Of a stretch of 64,000 nucleotides of DNA, positions 24,901 through 38,445 are shown piece by piece. The notes under the pieces were generated by a model. It worked only from the letters and a program-made list of their open reading frames with translations, made no database searches and had not been told where the DNA came from. The stretch is taken from assembly GCA_043228905.1 (NCBI GenBank), contig JBHGNT010000012.1, positions 10,416,001-10,480,000 on the forward strand, in the 5' to 3' direction. Within the stretch, counting starts at the first letter, position 1. Each line of letters opens with the position of its first letter. This DNA is from Azolla caroliniana. Taxonomy: Eukaryota; Plantae; Polypodiophyta. A program made the position numbers and the translations under genes.

Positions 24901-27683
24901 CAATTTGTGGTCATCTATCTCGACGACATACTTATCTTCTCACAAGACTACATAGAGCACACCAAGCACGTCCGACTTATCTTGTCCAAAATTCGGGAAC
25001 ATGGACTTTATGTGAAACCCGAGAAGTGTGAATTTGATCAAACCTCAGTTGAATTCCTTGGGTACGCCATTTCATCTTATGGTCTCACTATGGACAAGAA
25101 GAAAGTCGCAACAATTCAAGAGTGGGAAGTCCCCACCAAGGTCAAGGATGTGCAATCATTTTTGGGTTTTGCCAACTTCTATCATTGATTCATCCAAGGA
25201 TTCTCTACACTAACGTAACCACTTATAGCACTCACTCGGAAAGATTCCCCTTTTTGTTGGACTCCAACAACCCAAGTGGCATTCGAGATAGTAAAGAAAT
25301 CTTTTACCTCGGCTCTGGTACTTTTTCATCCAGATCTGACCAAACCATTTACAATCGAAACTTATGCATCTGACTTCGGCATTGGTGCCATTCTCTCTCA
25401 ATCATATAAAAACGGGTTCCTTCATCCTGTTGTCTTTTATTCCAGGAAGTTCACACCCCCCGAGATCAACTACCCAATTTACGACAAAGAACTCTCTACC
25501 ATTATTGCCGCCTTTGAAGAATGACGTCCTTACTTGGCGGGCGCCCAACACCGTATCCAAGTGATGACCGATCACAAGAACCTTGTCTACTTCACCACTA
25601 CTCGCATTTTGAATCGAAGGCAAGCACGATGGTTGACCTTCCAGGCCAATTATGACTTTGAAATTGTTTTTCGCCCTGGTGCCCAACATGGTAAAGCCGA
25701 TGCGCTATCTCGACGTTCAGAATTCAAAATTCGGCCAAGGGATGCAGCCTACAATCAACAATCACATTGTCTCCTACAACCACATCAATTTCAACTCTGT
25801 GCAACTTATATGGCCGTGGATGAATCATTACTCAATGCCATTGCCACAAATACTGCCACCGACAAATTTGCACAAGAGATTAGGGAGAATCTCAACAATT
25901 CATCCAAAGGCGAGGTATGGAATATTGATAACCAATTTATGTTTCGGGATGGTTTTCTTTTCCGATACAACTTAATGTATGTCCCAGATGGTCCTTGTCA
26001 TATCTGTATCGTGAAGGAATGTCATGATGATGCCCTAGCTGGAAATTTTGGCGTTGCAAAAACTTTGGAGTTAATATCTAGAAGTTATTGGTGGCCACAA
26101 CCTTGGAAACTTGTTAAAGAATTCATGAAAACATGTGATACATGTGCCCGCGCCAAAGCAGTACATCATCGTCCCTACGGTCTACTTCAACCTTTGCCAA
26201 ATCCAAATAGGCCATGGGCCTCCATCTCGACAAACTTTATCACTGACCTTCCAAACATTGATGGATTCAATTCAGTATTAGTGGTGGTTGATAGATTCAC
26301 AAAGATGGCACACTTTATTCCATGTTCTAAGGCAATTTCAGGGATGGAAACAACATATCTATTATTAACAAATATTGTGCACCTTCACGGTTTACCAGAT
26401 GACAATATCTCTGATCGCGGTCCCCAATTTATGTCTCATTTCTGGAAACGCCTCTTCTAGACACTTGGAACTTCTACAAAATTTTGAACAGCCTTCCATC
26501 TTGAGACATATGGACAAATGGAACGAGTGAAATAGATTCTAGAGAAATATCTCCGATGTATGATAAGTTATCTACAAGATTATTGGATCAAATTTCTTCC
26601 AATGGCCGAGTTCGCCTACAACAATACTCTCCACACATCAACTAGCGTAACACCCTTCTTCGCAAACTATGGGTTCCATCCACACTTTAACATAGTTATC
26701 CCTACTGGTTCTATGAATCCATCTGCTGAAGAACGAGCTCATCTGATGAAATAAGTGCACCATGACCTATCCCTCGAACTCTCCATTGCTCAGGAACGAC
26801 ACAAAGAGAAGGTTGATCGACATTGGCGGCATGCAACTAGTTTTAAAGTCGGCGACATGGTCTGGCTATTACGACGGCATATTCCAACTACTCGTCCATG
26901 CATCAAACTTGATTACAAAAAATTGGGTCTGTTCCAAATTGTTGACAAAGTCAACCCCATAGCTTTTCGTCTTGCTCTTCCATCACACTACCGAATTCAC
27001 AATGTCTTCCATGCATCTCTTCTTGAGCTCTACCATCCATCCTTAATTCCATGAAAAAGCATCGAGCTGCCACCCCCTATGGCATCGGCAACCGGGGATG
27101 AGTATGAAGTCGAGACCATTCTAGACTCATGCAAGAACCGACGAAATCTCAAGTATCTGGTCTTGTGGAAAGGATATCCCATTTCTGAGGCCACATGGGA
27201 GCCTGCAAAAAATTTACTCAATGCCCTAGATGTGGTTCATGATTTTCATCTCCGATATCCTCACAAACCTACACCTTCTTGAAGTCGGCGCTTAAGGGGA
27301 GGATAATGTCATGAACATCGAGTCGAATTCAAGCCTTAGGTCCTTGTATATATATATTTCTCCTAGAAAGACTTTAGACTTTAAACCTTTGTATAAAGAG
27401 TGGTATGTAAGACTGAGTATGTAAGACTTAGTATGTAAGACTCAGTATGTAAGACTTGGCATGCAAGAATCAATATGCTTAATATTATAGTATGTATGAC
27501 TTGGCATGAGCCTGCTTATCATGCATCACTATATGTATAAAAAGGGTTGATCTCTCTTGTTAACATCAAGGAGATCAACACCAGTCATGGAATAGATATT
27601 CGTACTCATTGTCATCAACTTATCCATCTCTCTATCTCATCAACTTACCCATCTCTTTGTCTTCCAATTATTCATCTGTGACA
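22000..27683 (+). mobile_element. Chromoviral Ty3/gypsy element D (Tcn1/Tf1-sushi-like), full length, decayed
   Basis: LTRs 22000-22362 and 27307-27683, TSD aaagg/agagg, PPT aaggggaggataa 27294-27306, chromodomain YEVETILDS...YLVLWKGYPISEATWEP. Confidence 0.94.
22406..27282 (+). pseudogene. gag and pol of D, disrupted
   Basis: PEKFDGTRS gag, CLYCGGPSH knuckle, ALLDSGA, VIYLDD, RNaseH, integrase and chromodomain, with numerous stops. Confidence 0.9.
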
Positions 27684-29746
27684 AGAGGAAGTACTTGGTA
27701 CTGGCAAGAGAAGACCTAACAAATCAGGTAGAAGGATGAGCCTTGGCAAATAAGATGACGTTAGTTGTTTGCAAATTTCTACTCAAAGAGGTCGTCTGCC
27801 GATATGGATGTGTGGGAAAGATAGTGACTAACCGAGGGGAGCTGGATGCACACGAAGCGATGGAGCTGTTTGAGCGACTAGTAGTGAAGCACTCCCTCAT
27901 GACTGCCTACAATCCGGAAGCAAATGGGAAGATCGAGCGAGGACATGGACCAATAGTCAAAGCCATCGTACGAGAATGCGATGGTCGAGTCGGGAACTGG
28001 TCGTGACTATTGCCCTATGCCTTGTGGGCCGACAGAACTACGCACAATTCAGTGACAGGGTATATGCCAGCAGAGCTTATGTATGGACAAAAGCCAGTAA
28101 TGTCCATCAAAAGGATAATCGCCTCTACTAGGAATATGTCCCTCCAATGGGAGGAGTCGACTGCTCGGAAAGAGCCGACAGTCGAAGACAAGGGAGTAAC
28201 TGACTAGTTGGATGAAAGCGACTGATTCGTAAGACTATTATTACTATTATTAGATAATAATAATGGCCATGATTGTAAATAGCCCATTCTGTGTATTAAT
28301 ATAAATACACCTAGGGCAAACACAACAAAATAGAACAGAATAGTGTATGAACTGAGTGAAGCAAAAAGAGAGAGATAGTGAGTGAGGGGCGCCATAGTTG
28401 TGTTCGTAATAGCAAACGTGAAGAGCCCTGTGAGGCTGATACACTCCACACATAGAGTGTTGTACTCTAATCTCTCCATTGTATATCCACTGTATAGTGA
28501 AATTTTGTTCTCCATGGTTTTCTCCCGTTACAGGGTTTCCACGTTAAATCTGTGTACACTCTTTTCATTCTGTGTTTTCAAGTTGTGCATTTTAGTGTAT
28601 TCTTTTCTTGTGAAATAACGATTAGTTTTCACAATAAACTAGTAGTCAAGAATGGAAGGAGGTGTGTGCGGTTTCCCAGGTATGATAGTTCTGAACTCAC
28701 AGAACTATGTAGACTGGAAGATCAAAATGGAAGACCTCCTCATAGTGAAAGACCTGTACAAGCCCATCGACAGAGCAGATATACCCAAGGGGGTGTTGGA
28801 GTCTGATTGGAAACTTCTTAACAGAAAGGCACTAGACACCATTAGATAGTGTGCCGATGTGAGTGTCCTTTAGCATGTGGCGAACGACACAAATGCCCAT
28901 GAGATGTGGCAGAAGTTGTCAGGCTATACGAGAGGAAGAATGCCCTCAATAAAACCTCACTGATGAGAAAGATCGTACGGCTGAAATACAGAGATGGTGA
29001 GAGCATCATCGAACACATTAGCACATTCATGGGGTATGTAAATCAACTTGTTGCAACCAAGTTTCCCCTTGAAGATGCAATGTGGGCCATCCTACTATTG
29101 TGCACCCTGCCGGACAGCTGGGAAAATCTAGTGGTGACTCTCAGCACCTCGTGTCAAGAAGAGAACTTGTCTCTATAAGCGGTAAAGACAAGTATCTTGA
29201 ATGAAGAGACCAAAAGGAAGGACAAGGGTGTCCTGGTCCAGTCTGAGTCATACTTGATTCAACACATCGGCAGAGGAAGGAGCCGACAAAGGAGTCCATC
29301 AAGGAGGGACAAATGTGAAGCTAGAGAAGTGTGTTGACTGCTTAGTCGAAAAGTAGAACAGAGCAGCATTCCACACACGGCCATCAAGAAGAAAAGAAGT
29401 TGCACTGGAACTGGTACACACGGATGTGTGTTATGTAGATGCTTCGTCGCATCGAGACGGACAATACTTTGTGACTTTCATCGACGACTACAGCCGGAAG
29501 TTGTGGGCTTTTGTACAAAAGTCAAGATCAAGTATTGTTGTTCTTCAAGAAGTTCCAAGAAAGAGCCGAACGAGAGTTGGGTCGGAAGTTGAAGGTTGTT
29601 TGAACCGACAATGGTGGCAATTATAAAGGGAAATTCGAGGAATACTGCAAGACCCAAGGTATTCGAATCGAATACACAGTACCGAAGACCCCTGAGTTAA
29701 ACAAGCTGGCAGAGAGGATGAATCGAACAATCATTGAGAGAGTAAG

Positions 29747-32700
29747 TGTCAGGAGTAGTACTAAAGCAGAGATGGAATTAGTACTAAAGAAGAGCAGTAC
29801 TATTAGTACTAAGAGGACGGGACTGCGTAAGATTCCCGAGAGAGGAAGTGAGAGAGAGAGAGAAGGATGATGACAGCAGCTCTTATATTATGTGAAAAGA
29901 TAAGTACAAATCGGCTAAGAGGCTTAAGACTGGCGTTGAACCAATTTGGTTCAAAACAATGCCTTGTGCCTCCTTTTATAGTGTTTTTAGGAATAATCCT
30001 GAAGCTTCTAGAATGTTCCAGAGAGATCTGGAATATACATCAATTTTCTATGATAAAGCATAAATGAAAATAATATTCTACAAATTACAATTCATAGTCT
30101 AATGGTAAGAGCTCGAACCATGTAGCATAAGGTCATGGGTTCGAGTCTTGCCATATCATGACACTATCTCTCCCTTAAAGACGACGAGTGGAACGAGTCG
30201 GCGCTAATTGCGGACCAGGTTTGTCCGGATACTTTCAGTGGAAATCTGCAAGAAGATCCTGTGCATTGGCAACATGCTCGACGGGTTCCCAAGTATGTTC
30301 GCTCGGACTATAACCGAGCCAATCGATCAAGTAATAAATTTTGTTGCGAACAAGTTTGGAATCGAGGATGGCAGCAACTTCATACTCCGGGCCGGCGTCC
30401 AACTCCAGCGGGGGCGGCGGTGGTGTCACACGATCGGGAATGGTGTTTGCTTTATAAGGTTCAAGAAGAGAACAATGGAAAACCGGATGTATCTGAAGCT
30501 GCGGAGGGAGATCAAGGCGGAATGTGACATCATTAATCTTACCCGTAATACGGAAGGGATCGAGTCGTCGATAATCCAACTTGTCGCACGGTCGAGTAGT
30601 CTTGATGTGACGACGTAAGAGCCAGACTCGATCTCCGATGGCAAAAGAGGAGGGAATCCGATGACGATCCGCATAATTCTTCTGTGTGTGTTGAGCATGA
30701 CGAAGGTGAGTAGAGAGATCCATCTGGATCTTGCGTAGCCTCTCCAAATGATCCTCGGCACGAGAGTTGGTAGGTAGCTCCGGGGTGTCGATCACCGACC
30801 AACGAGGATGGAAACCGGTATAAGCGAAAAATGGGGAGACCCGAGTCGAGGAGTGAATAGCATTAATATACGCAAACTCCGCAAAGTGGAGAATCTCGGC
30901 CCAATCGTCCTGTTGATAACTCAGGAAACACCAGAGATATTGCTCCAACGTTTGGTTTGTTCGTTCCGCCTGCCCGTCGGTCTGAGGATGGTAGCCAGAG
31001 GAGAGATTGCAGGAGACCTTGAGCATCTTGAAGATATGCTACCAAAATTTGGAGACAAATTGCGGTCCTCAGTCACTGATGATACTGTCTGGGAGGCCAT
31101 GATGCCGAAATACCTCACGCATAACAAGGGCGGTTGTTTCCTCACTAGTGATGGCTTTAGTACACAGCACAAAATGTGCCATCTTTGTATATCGATCGAC
31201 GACGGTTAGGATAGCATCGAACCCCTTCGAGACCGGCAGATCTGTGATAAAATCAAGACAAATAGACTGCCACGGCTTACTTGGAATCGGTAAGGGTTCC
31301 AACAAGCCATATGGATGGTGTCGTGGCATCTTTGCTCGGCAGCAAGTATCACAGGTCCGAACGTAGTCGTCAACAAAACGGCGCATGTGGGGCCACCAAA
31401 AAGATTGTTGCACTAGCTCCAACGTCTTAGTACTACCGAAATGTCTTGTCGTATGGGTGTCGTGACAATGCTGGACAATTTGAAGGCGACAGGAGCAATC
31501 GGGGACATATACGTGCTTTTTAAAGAATAACAAACCATCATGATATTCGAATTGTCGGTAGTCAATACTTGGTTTTTGAGACCGAGAACAGGATGCCCGA
31601 GAAGTATCAATGTGCGCCAGGATGTCTTGAGCAAAACTATCCATCTTCAAGGTTGCACGTATGTCATCGGTAATCCATGAATCCATCAGGGTGTGAAAAA
31701 TCCGCGTCGTGTGCAATCGTGTTGGTCCCAAGATTACTTGCTTTTGATTATCAAATGTTGCATCACCAGGATGAGGTGCAAGATATGAACGTCGTGATAG
31801 TGCATCTGCTTTTCCTTGCTGCTTCCCCGGTCGATATGTGATTTTGAAGTCGAAACGCGTGAGGAATTGCGCCCACCGAGCTTGCCGTCGATTTAGTACG
31901 CTAGCGTTCTGAAAATAAGCAAGATTTTTATGATCGCTAAAGACAATGACCTGATGTGGAGAGCCCTCTAAAAAATGCCGCCATTATACAAATGAATCCA
32001 CGATGGCTAATAACTCCTTGTCATGTATTTCGTAGTTGATTTCTTCGTAGTTGTCATGTATCCACGATGGACCAAAGAAATGCTTGGCCCTTCTTCGTAA
32101 GTTGTGTGAGAGGTAAAATAATCTTCGAGTAATCCTGTATAAACTTACGGTAGAAGTTAGCAAAACCTAGAAAACATTGTACATCTCGTACCGACCGTGG
32201 AATTTGCCACTCTAGTACAGTTTGGATTTTAGTTGGATCCATGGCGATGCCCTTTGAGGAGATGACGTAGCCTAGAAATTCCACTTGCTTGCAGTCAAAG
32301 CTACATTTTTCTAGCTTGGCATAAAGACCATTCTCGCGGAGTCGCTTTAGTACTAATAGTACATGAGAATCGTGCTCTTCCTGGGTCTTCGAATAAATCA
32401 ATAGATCATCCAGATAAATGATCAAACAGATATCCAAGAGGTCTCTGAATATATCATTTGCCATGTGTTGGAAGACTGCGGGTGCATAGTTAGGCCGAAC
32501 GGCATAACAGTATACTCGAAATGCCCATACCGCGTGCGAAAGGCGGTCTTCCATTCATCTCCCGGTCGGATCCACATGAGGTTATACGCTCCTCGTAGGT
32601 CGATTTTAGTAAAAAACTTGGCACCATTAACCCGCTCTAAAAGACTTGATATAAGAGGAAGTGCATACCTATTCCGGATGGTGACTTTATTCAATCCGCG

Positions 32701-35215
32701 GTAATCAACGACAAGACGAAGTGAGCCATCTTTCTTCTTGACAAAGAAGATGGGTGCACCGGCCGGAGATTTCGAATGACGGATGAACCCGCTTGCCAAG
32801 TTCTCCTCTATGTAGGCTCGAAGGAATTCTAACTCGGTGGGTGACAAGTTGTAAATTGGTCCCCATGGTGGCTCGGTTCCTGGTTGTAAATCGATGGGAC
32901 AGTCATAGGGACGGTGATGAGGAAGGGTACCGGCTTTTACCTTGTCAAATACATCGGCATAAGGATGATATTTTGCTGGAAGTTGTACTGAGGAGTCCTT
33001 CTTAATAGTGCTGGAAGGATGTAGTAATATTGCAAATAGGAACATTGCCTCCTTGGGTCCTTCTTCGCGTAGTTGATGGAGTGAAATGGTCGAAACTCGG
33101 TGAGTTGATTCTTGGGGTGGTCGATATCAGACTTCTCTTGTTCTCCAATCTATGGCTGGATTATGTAATTCAAACCAAGGTAATCCTAGGACAATGGGAT
33201 GCTCTGGACTACTAATTATATTAAATGATATTACACACACAAAACTACCTAGGACAACTTGAATGGGTTCTGATTCTTCTACAATATTCCCGGAAGCAAT
33301 GGGACGACCATCAATGACTACTACAGCTACGGAACAAGGAAGTTTTCTTAAGGATATCTGAGAAGCTTGGGCAAAATTTCGATCCATGAAACAGGAATTA
33401 GCTCCGGAATCTAAAAGTGCTAGGATGGGTATTGGGGGAGTACTTTTAGTACTAACAATGACTTGGGCTAGGAACACATTGCTAACTTGCTTGGAAGGAA
33501 TGGAACCACTAATGGGCTGTACAGATCTAGGGTTGTTGTCCAACCAAACGGCTCCTATTTTGGCTGGACTCAATCGTTTAACTCTTCATCTAATTGACTA
33601 AGGATTTCAAATTTATTTGAGATACTTGGGCTATTAGTACTATGAATACTATCAAACACTCTATTAGTATTATTAATACTATCAGACACTCCTAAGGGAA
33701 GAATTGACTGGGGTTTAGTACAGGCTACAATTTGATTTACCTATCTTCTTGGCCTATGGGGACAATTGATTGCGATATGCCCTGGTCCACCGCAATAAAT
33801 ACATAATCGATTTGCACGTCGTCGTTGCTTTTCTTCTTCTGATAACGGGCCGCGTCGACGCATGGTATCGATCTCCATCAGTGTCGAAGTATTTGCTTGA
33901 GGTATGTCTCGTGCAAACGGTTTAGCCGCGACTGCGGCGTAAGTGGGCTCCGGCCTAGCGCGTGGTATCTATAATTGACGTTCCGAACGTCGTTCGAAAA
34001 GGCGGTTGTCACATCGGACCGCTCGACTGATTGCCTCCGTAAGAGACTTTGGTTCTTCGGGGAAAGTTAAAACTAGATCTTTGACATCGTTTTGCAGGCC
34101 ATAGCGAAATTGCTCCATTAGTGCTTGATCATCCCAGGGTATGTCTGAAGCGAGTAGGCGGAAATCCGCCGCGTAGGCAGAGGCTGGACGATCGCCTTGA
34201 CGCAATCGCCGGATCTTGTTGATCGCCGTCCTGATGTTGTCGGTGTCTCCAAAGCAGGCTTTGAACTCACTAATAAAATCTTCAAAGTTATTAAGCAAGG
34301 ACGATTGTTTTTCTAGGAGCGGAGCGAACCATGCTAAGGCTGAGCCGCTAAGCAATGTGCCTATTAAGCCGACTCGGGATGCATCAGTGGGGTATCGGGA
34401 AGGATGCATTTGGAGGACTAATCGTACCTGATTAAGGAATCCCCTGAATTGCGATCGCGTTCCATCAAATTTCACAGGAAGTCCAATCTTCGGCTCTTTA
34501 TGAAATCCTTGGGGACTTGATCCTTGTTGTTGCAATGCCGCTTCGAGTTGTTGCACCCGTAACGCTAACTCCCCATGTTGTTGCTGCGTTTGTTGCTTTT
34601 CTAGAGCGATTTGTTGCAAATCCCCTATCAGTCGTTGGTTTTCTTGTTCTAAGGCAACAAATTTTTCTTTTAAGCACTGTAGCTCGAAGAAAACGGATTG
34701 ATATTCTTGGGCGCTAACAGTAGCCATAGTATAGGGAAAAGGGTAGGAGGACAAATTGGTTCAAACTGTCAGGAGTAGTACTAAAGCAGAGATGGAATTA
34801 GTACTAAAGAAGAGCAGTACTATTAGTACTAAGAGGACGGGACTGCATAAGATTCCCGAGAGAGGAAGTGAGAAGAGAAGAGAGAGAGAGATAGCGAGAA
34901 AGAGAGAGAGAGAGAAGGATGATGACAGCAGCTCTTATATTATGTGAAAAGATAAGTACAAATCGGCTAAGAGGCTTAAGACTGGCGTTGAACCAATTTG
35001 GTTCAAAACAATGCCTTGTGCCTCCTTTTATAGTGTTTTTAGGAATAATCCTGAAGCTTCTAGAATGTTCCAGAGAGATCTGGAATATACATCAATTTTC
35101 TATGATAAAGCATAAATGAAAATAATATCCTACAAATTACAATTCATAGTCTAATGGTAAGTGCTCGACCCATGTAGCATAAGGTCATGGGTTCGAGTCT
35201 TGCCATATCATGACA
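29747..35215 (-). mobile_element. Chromoviral Ty3/gypsy element F (close relative of B), full length with an internal deletion in RNaseH
   Basis: LTRs 29747-30163 and 34767-35215, TSD gtaag/ctaag, PPT revcomp at 30164-30176. gag 33570-34727; pol ~30175-33582 with chromodomain. Confidence 0.94.
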
Positions 35216-38200
35216 CTAAGGAGCATGTTGTCGCATGCTAAATCGCCGAAAAAATACTAGGTTGAGGCGATGTACACAGTTGTTTATCTTATCAACAGAT
35301 CCCCCTCAGTACCGTTGAAAGGTGATGTCCCACAAAGGGTGCGGACAGGAAAGGATGTCTCCTACCGACATTTGAGGGTGTTCAGATGCCTAGTGTATAT
35401 GCATGTGCCTAAGAATCAGAGGTTGAAGCTTGATAGTAAGTCGAAGCCATGCATATTCATGGGTTACTTAGAAGATGAATTTGGCTACAGGCTATGGGAC
35501 TTAGTCGATAAGAGAGTAGTGAGGAGTCGGAACGTAGTCTTCTTGGAAGATAAAACGATTGAGGACTGGAAACAACAGAGGTCGGAATCGACTCCCCAGT
35601 CAGCCCCCACTACCACCGACTTAAGGCCAAGTGAACCGACACAGTCGGTTGTTCTGAGATAGCCATTCGGCACAGTCGAATCCGAGTCAGACGACTCAGA
35701 GAGATTGACCAACTATGAGTTTGAGTCAGCAGATTAGTTAAGATCGATTGAGGAATATGAGTTGGAGTCATCCAACCTTGACAAGCCAATCGACAGAGAC
35801 ATCCAAACTGAAGCCGGCAACGAGTGGAAGGAGATACCCACTTAGATAAAGGAGAGCACTAACAACATATGTCAGTCAATACATCCTCTTGACTGATGAA
35901 GGTGAGCCAGAGTGCTATGATGAAGCCATTGCCGACAAGCACAGAGAAAAATGGCTAAGTGCGATGCCAGATGAGATGGATTCTTTGCACAAGAATTATA
36001 CCTACTACCTAGTAGAGTTGCCAAAAGGTAAGAGAGCACTGAGGAATAAATGGGTGTACAACTTGAAGACTGGAGAAGTCAACAGTGCGCCCAGGTATAA
36101 ATCCCGCATAATGGTGAAGGGGTTCCAACAGAAAAAGGGTGTCGACTTCAACGAGATTTTCACACCAGTCGTGAAGATGACATCCATCCGAACTGTTCTG
36201 AGCATAGCTGCCAGCATGGATCTAGAGATCAAACAATTGGATGTCAAGACAACATTCTTGCATGGGGAGCTGGATGAAGAGATTTACATGTAACAGCTTG
36301 AAGGCTTTGAGTAAAAAGGGAAAGAGAACCTAGTGTGTCGACTGAAGAAAAGCTTGTATGGTTTGAAACAAGCTCCCCGCAAGTGATACAGAAGTTCGAA
36401 TCCTTCATGGTGGAACATGGGTTCCAGAAAACACAGGCGGATCATTGTGTGTTCGTCAAAAGGTACGATGAAGGTGACTTCTTGATTCTCTTATTATATG
36501 TAGATGATATGTTGATAGTTGGTCAACATACAAGGAAAATTGGTAGCTTGAAGAAAGCATTAGGCAAGTCGTTTGCCATGAAAGATCTTTGGACCGGCAA
36601 AGCAGATATTAAGGATGCACATAGTTCGAGATAGAACTAAAACAGTGTTGTGGTTGTCACAAGAGAAATACGTGATTAAGATCCTAGAAAGATTCAACAT
36701 GTCGGAAGCAAAGTCGGTCGGCTCTGTGTTATTGACTAGCTACAAGTTAAATGCAAAGCAATGCCCGAGAGGGGAGAAAGAAAAGGTTGAGATGAGGAAA
36801 GTACCATATGCCTCAGTCATCGGCAGTCTAATGTATGCTATGGTCTACACGAGACCAGTCATAGCTTTTGATGTGGAAATAGTAAGCCGATACATGAGTA
36901 ATCCAGGAAGAGAACACTGGGCAGCGGTGAAGTGGATACGCAGGTGCGTGAAAGGCACCTCGAGAGTATGCCTTAGGTATGGTGTCGGGAAGCCTATGCT
37001 CGAAGGGTTTACTGACTCGGGCATGTCGGGGGATGTAGACTCAAGCCGATCCACATCAGGGTACATAATGACCTATGCAGGGGGGGCAGTATCGTGGAAG
37101 TCTGTGGCCTTGTCGACCACAGAGGTAGAGTATATGGCAGCGGTAGAGGCTGGCAAAGAGCTTTATTTGGATCAGAAATTTTCTCAATGAGTTGGGGAGG
37201 AAGCAAAGGGAGTTCTTGCTTCATTGTGACAGCTAGAGTGCCATACATCTAGCAAAGAATGTTGCGTACCACCTGTTACCCGGCCAGCAAAGGAGTTAAA
37301 GACCAGAATGTGAAAGGGATTGTTATTCAGAATCTATTTTAATTAAGTAGAATAGTGGGACGTGAACAGACGGACCGGAATCGGTATGCCGATCCGGATC
37401 CGGACCGGTTCCAAACAGGTGCCGGTTGGCACCGTTTTGTACTCAGCACTAGTGACCTATATAAAGGCCCGGTTACAATGTAGAACTTTGACGGATAATT
37501 AATAGAGCTTCTTGTTTTATCTTTAATTGTTGATTACCGTTCTGTACTAATTGTTCTATCATACGCATGCATCAAATTTAATGCCGTATTGCTAAGTAGC
37601 CAATTAAGTCTGATTAATCGTTGTGTCTTAAGTTATCTCGCCGTAACACCCCTTTGGTGAAGTGTCTTCCGTAGACACCCTGTGTTAGGCCATTGTCCAG
37701 CCCTAAGGATTAACACAGTTTTTGGCGACCACGATGGGATTGATGGTGAGAGAGACGACAAGCATTGAGAAGCATTGTGGGGTGGGGGTGGTGCCTAGAA
37801 TGGCTCCACCCCCCTCCCAAGGGGGTTCAACGTTAAGGGGAGAGAGAGGAAGAGAGATGATGAGAGAGAGAGAGAGATTGAGAGAAATGGTTATTGTTTT
37901 CATTCATTCCCCATAAGGGGTTAAATAGGTACAAAGGGGTAGATCCACAAGGGTGCAAGCCCCTTGGCATTCACACCTAGTCACTCACTCACACCTCTTT
38001 GTATCTACCACACACACAGTTACATTCACACTCATAATCGTATAAAATCCCACATACATATCAACACATTACATCTTTCACCCTCACTTATCACACTTAT
38101 CAATCACCCGTACATCTCGTACGGTAACACAATATGGCACGCCCGTGGGAGAGTGCCTTGCACGTCAATCCCACATGCCTTGATCATAATTTTTATTCGA

Positions 38201-38223
38201 CTGGAATTTCCACCGGTCCTCTC

Positions 38224-38445
38224 AACGATCGACCCCCTCGATTAGAGTGCTGGATTCGAGCATCGTCGCCAGTCAGCGACTCTTCTGCGACACGAACATT
38301 CTCATTCTATCGACTTATGAACTTTGGTAACATCAACGATTGACTCCCTCGATCGGAGCGCTTGACTCGAACATCTCCGTCGGTCAGCGAATCTTCATCG
38401 ACACGAACATTCCCGTTCTGTCGTTTCACGAACTTCGGTAACATC
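38224..38445 (+). repeat. Two diverged ~111-bp direct repeats inside G
   Basis: aacgat(c/t)gac...gacacgaacatt...gaactt(t/c)ggtaacatc occurs twice. Confidence 0.8.
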
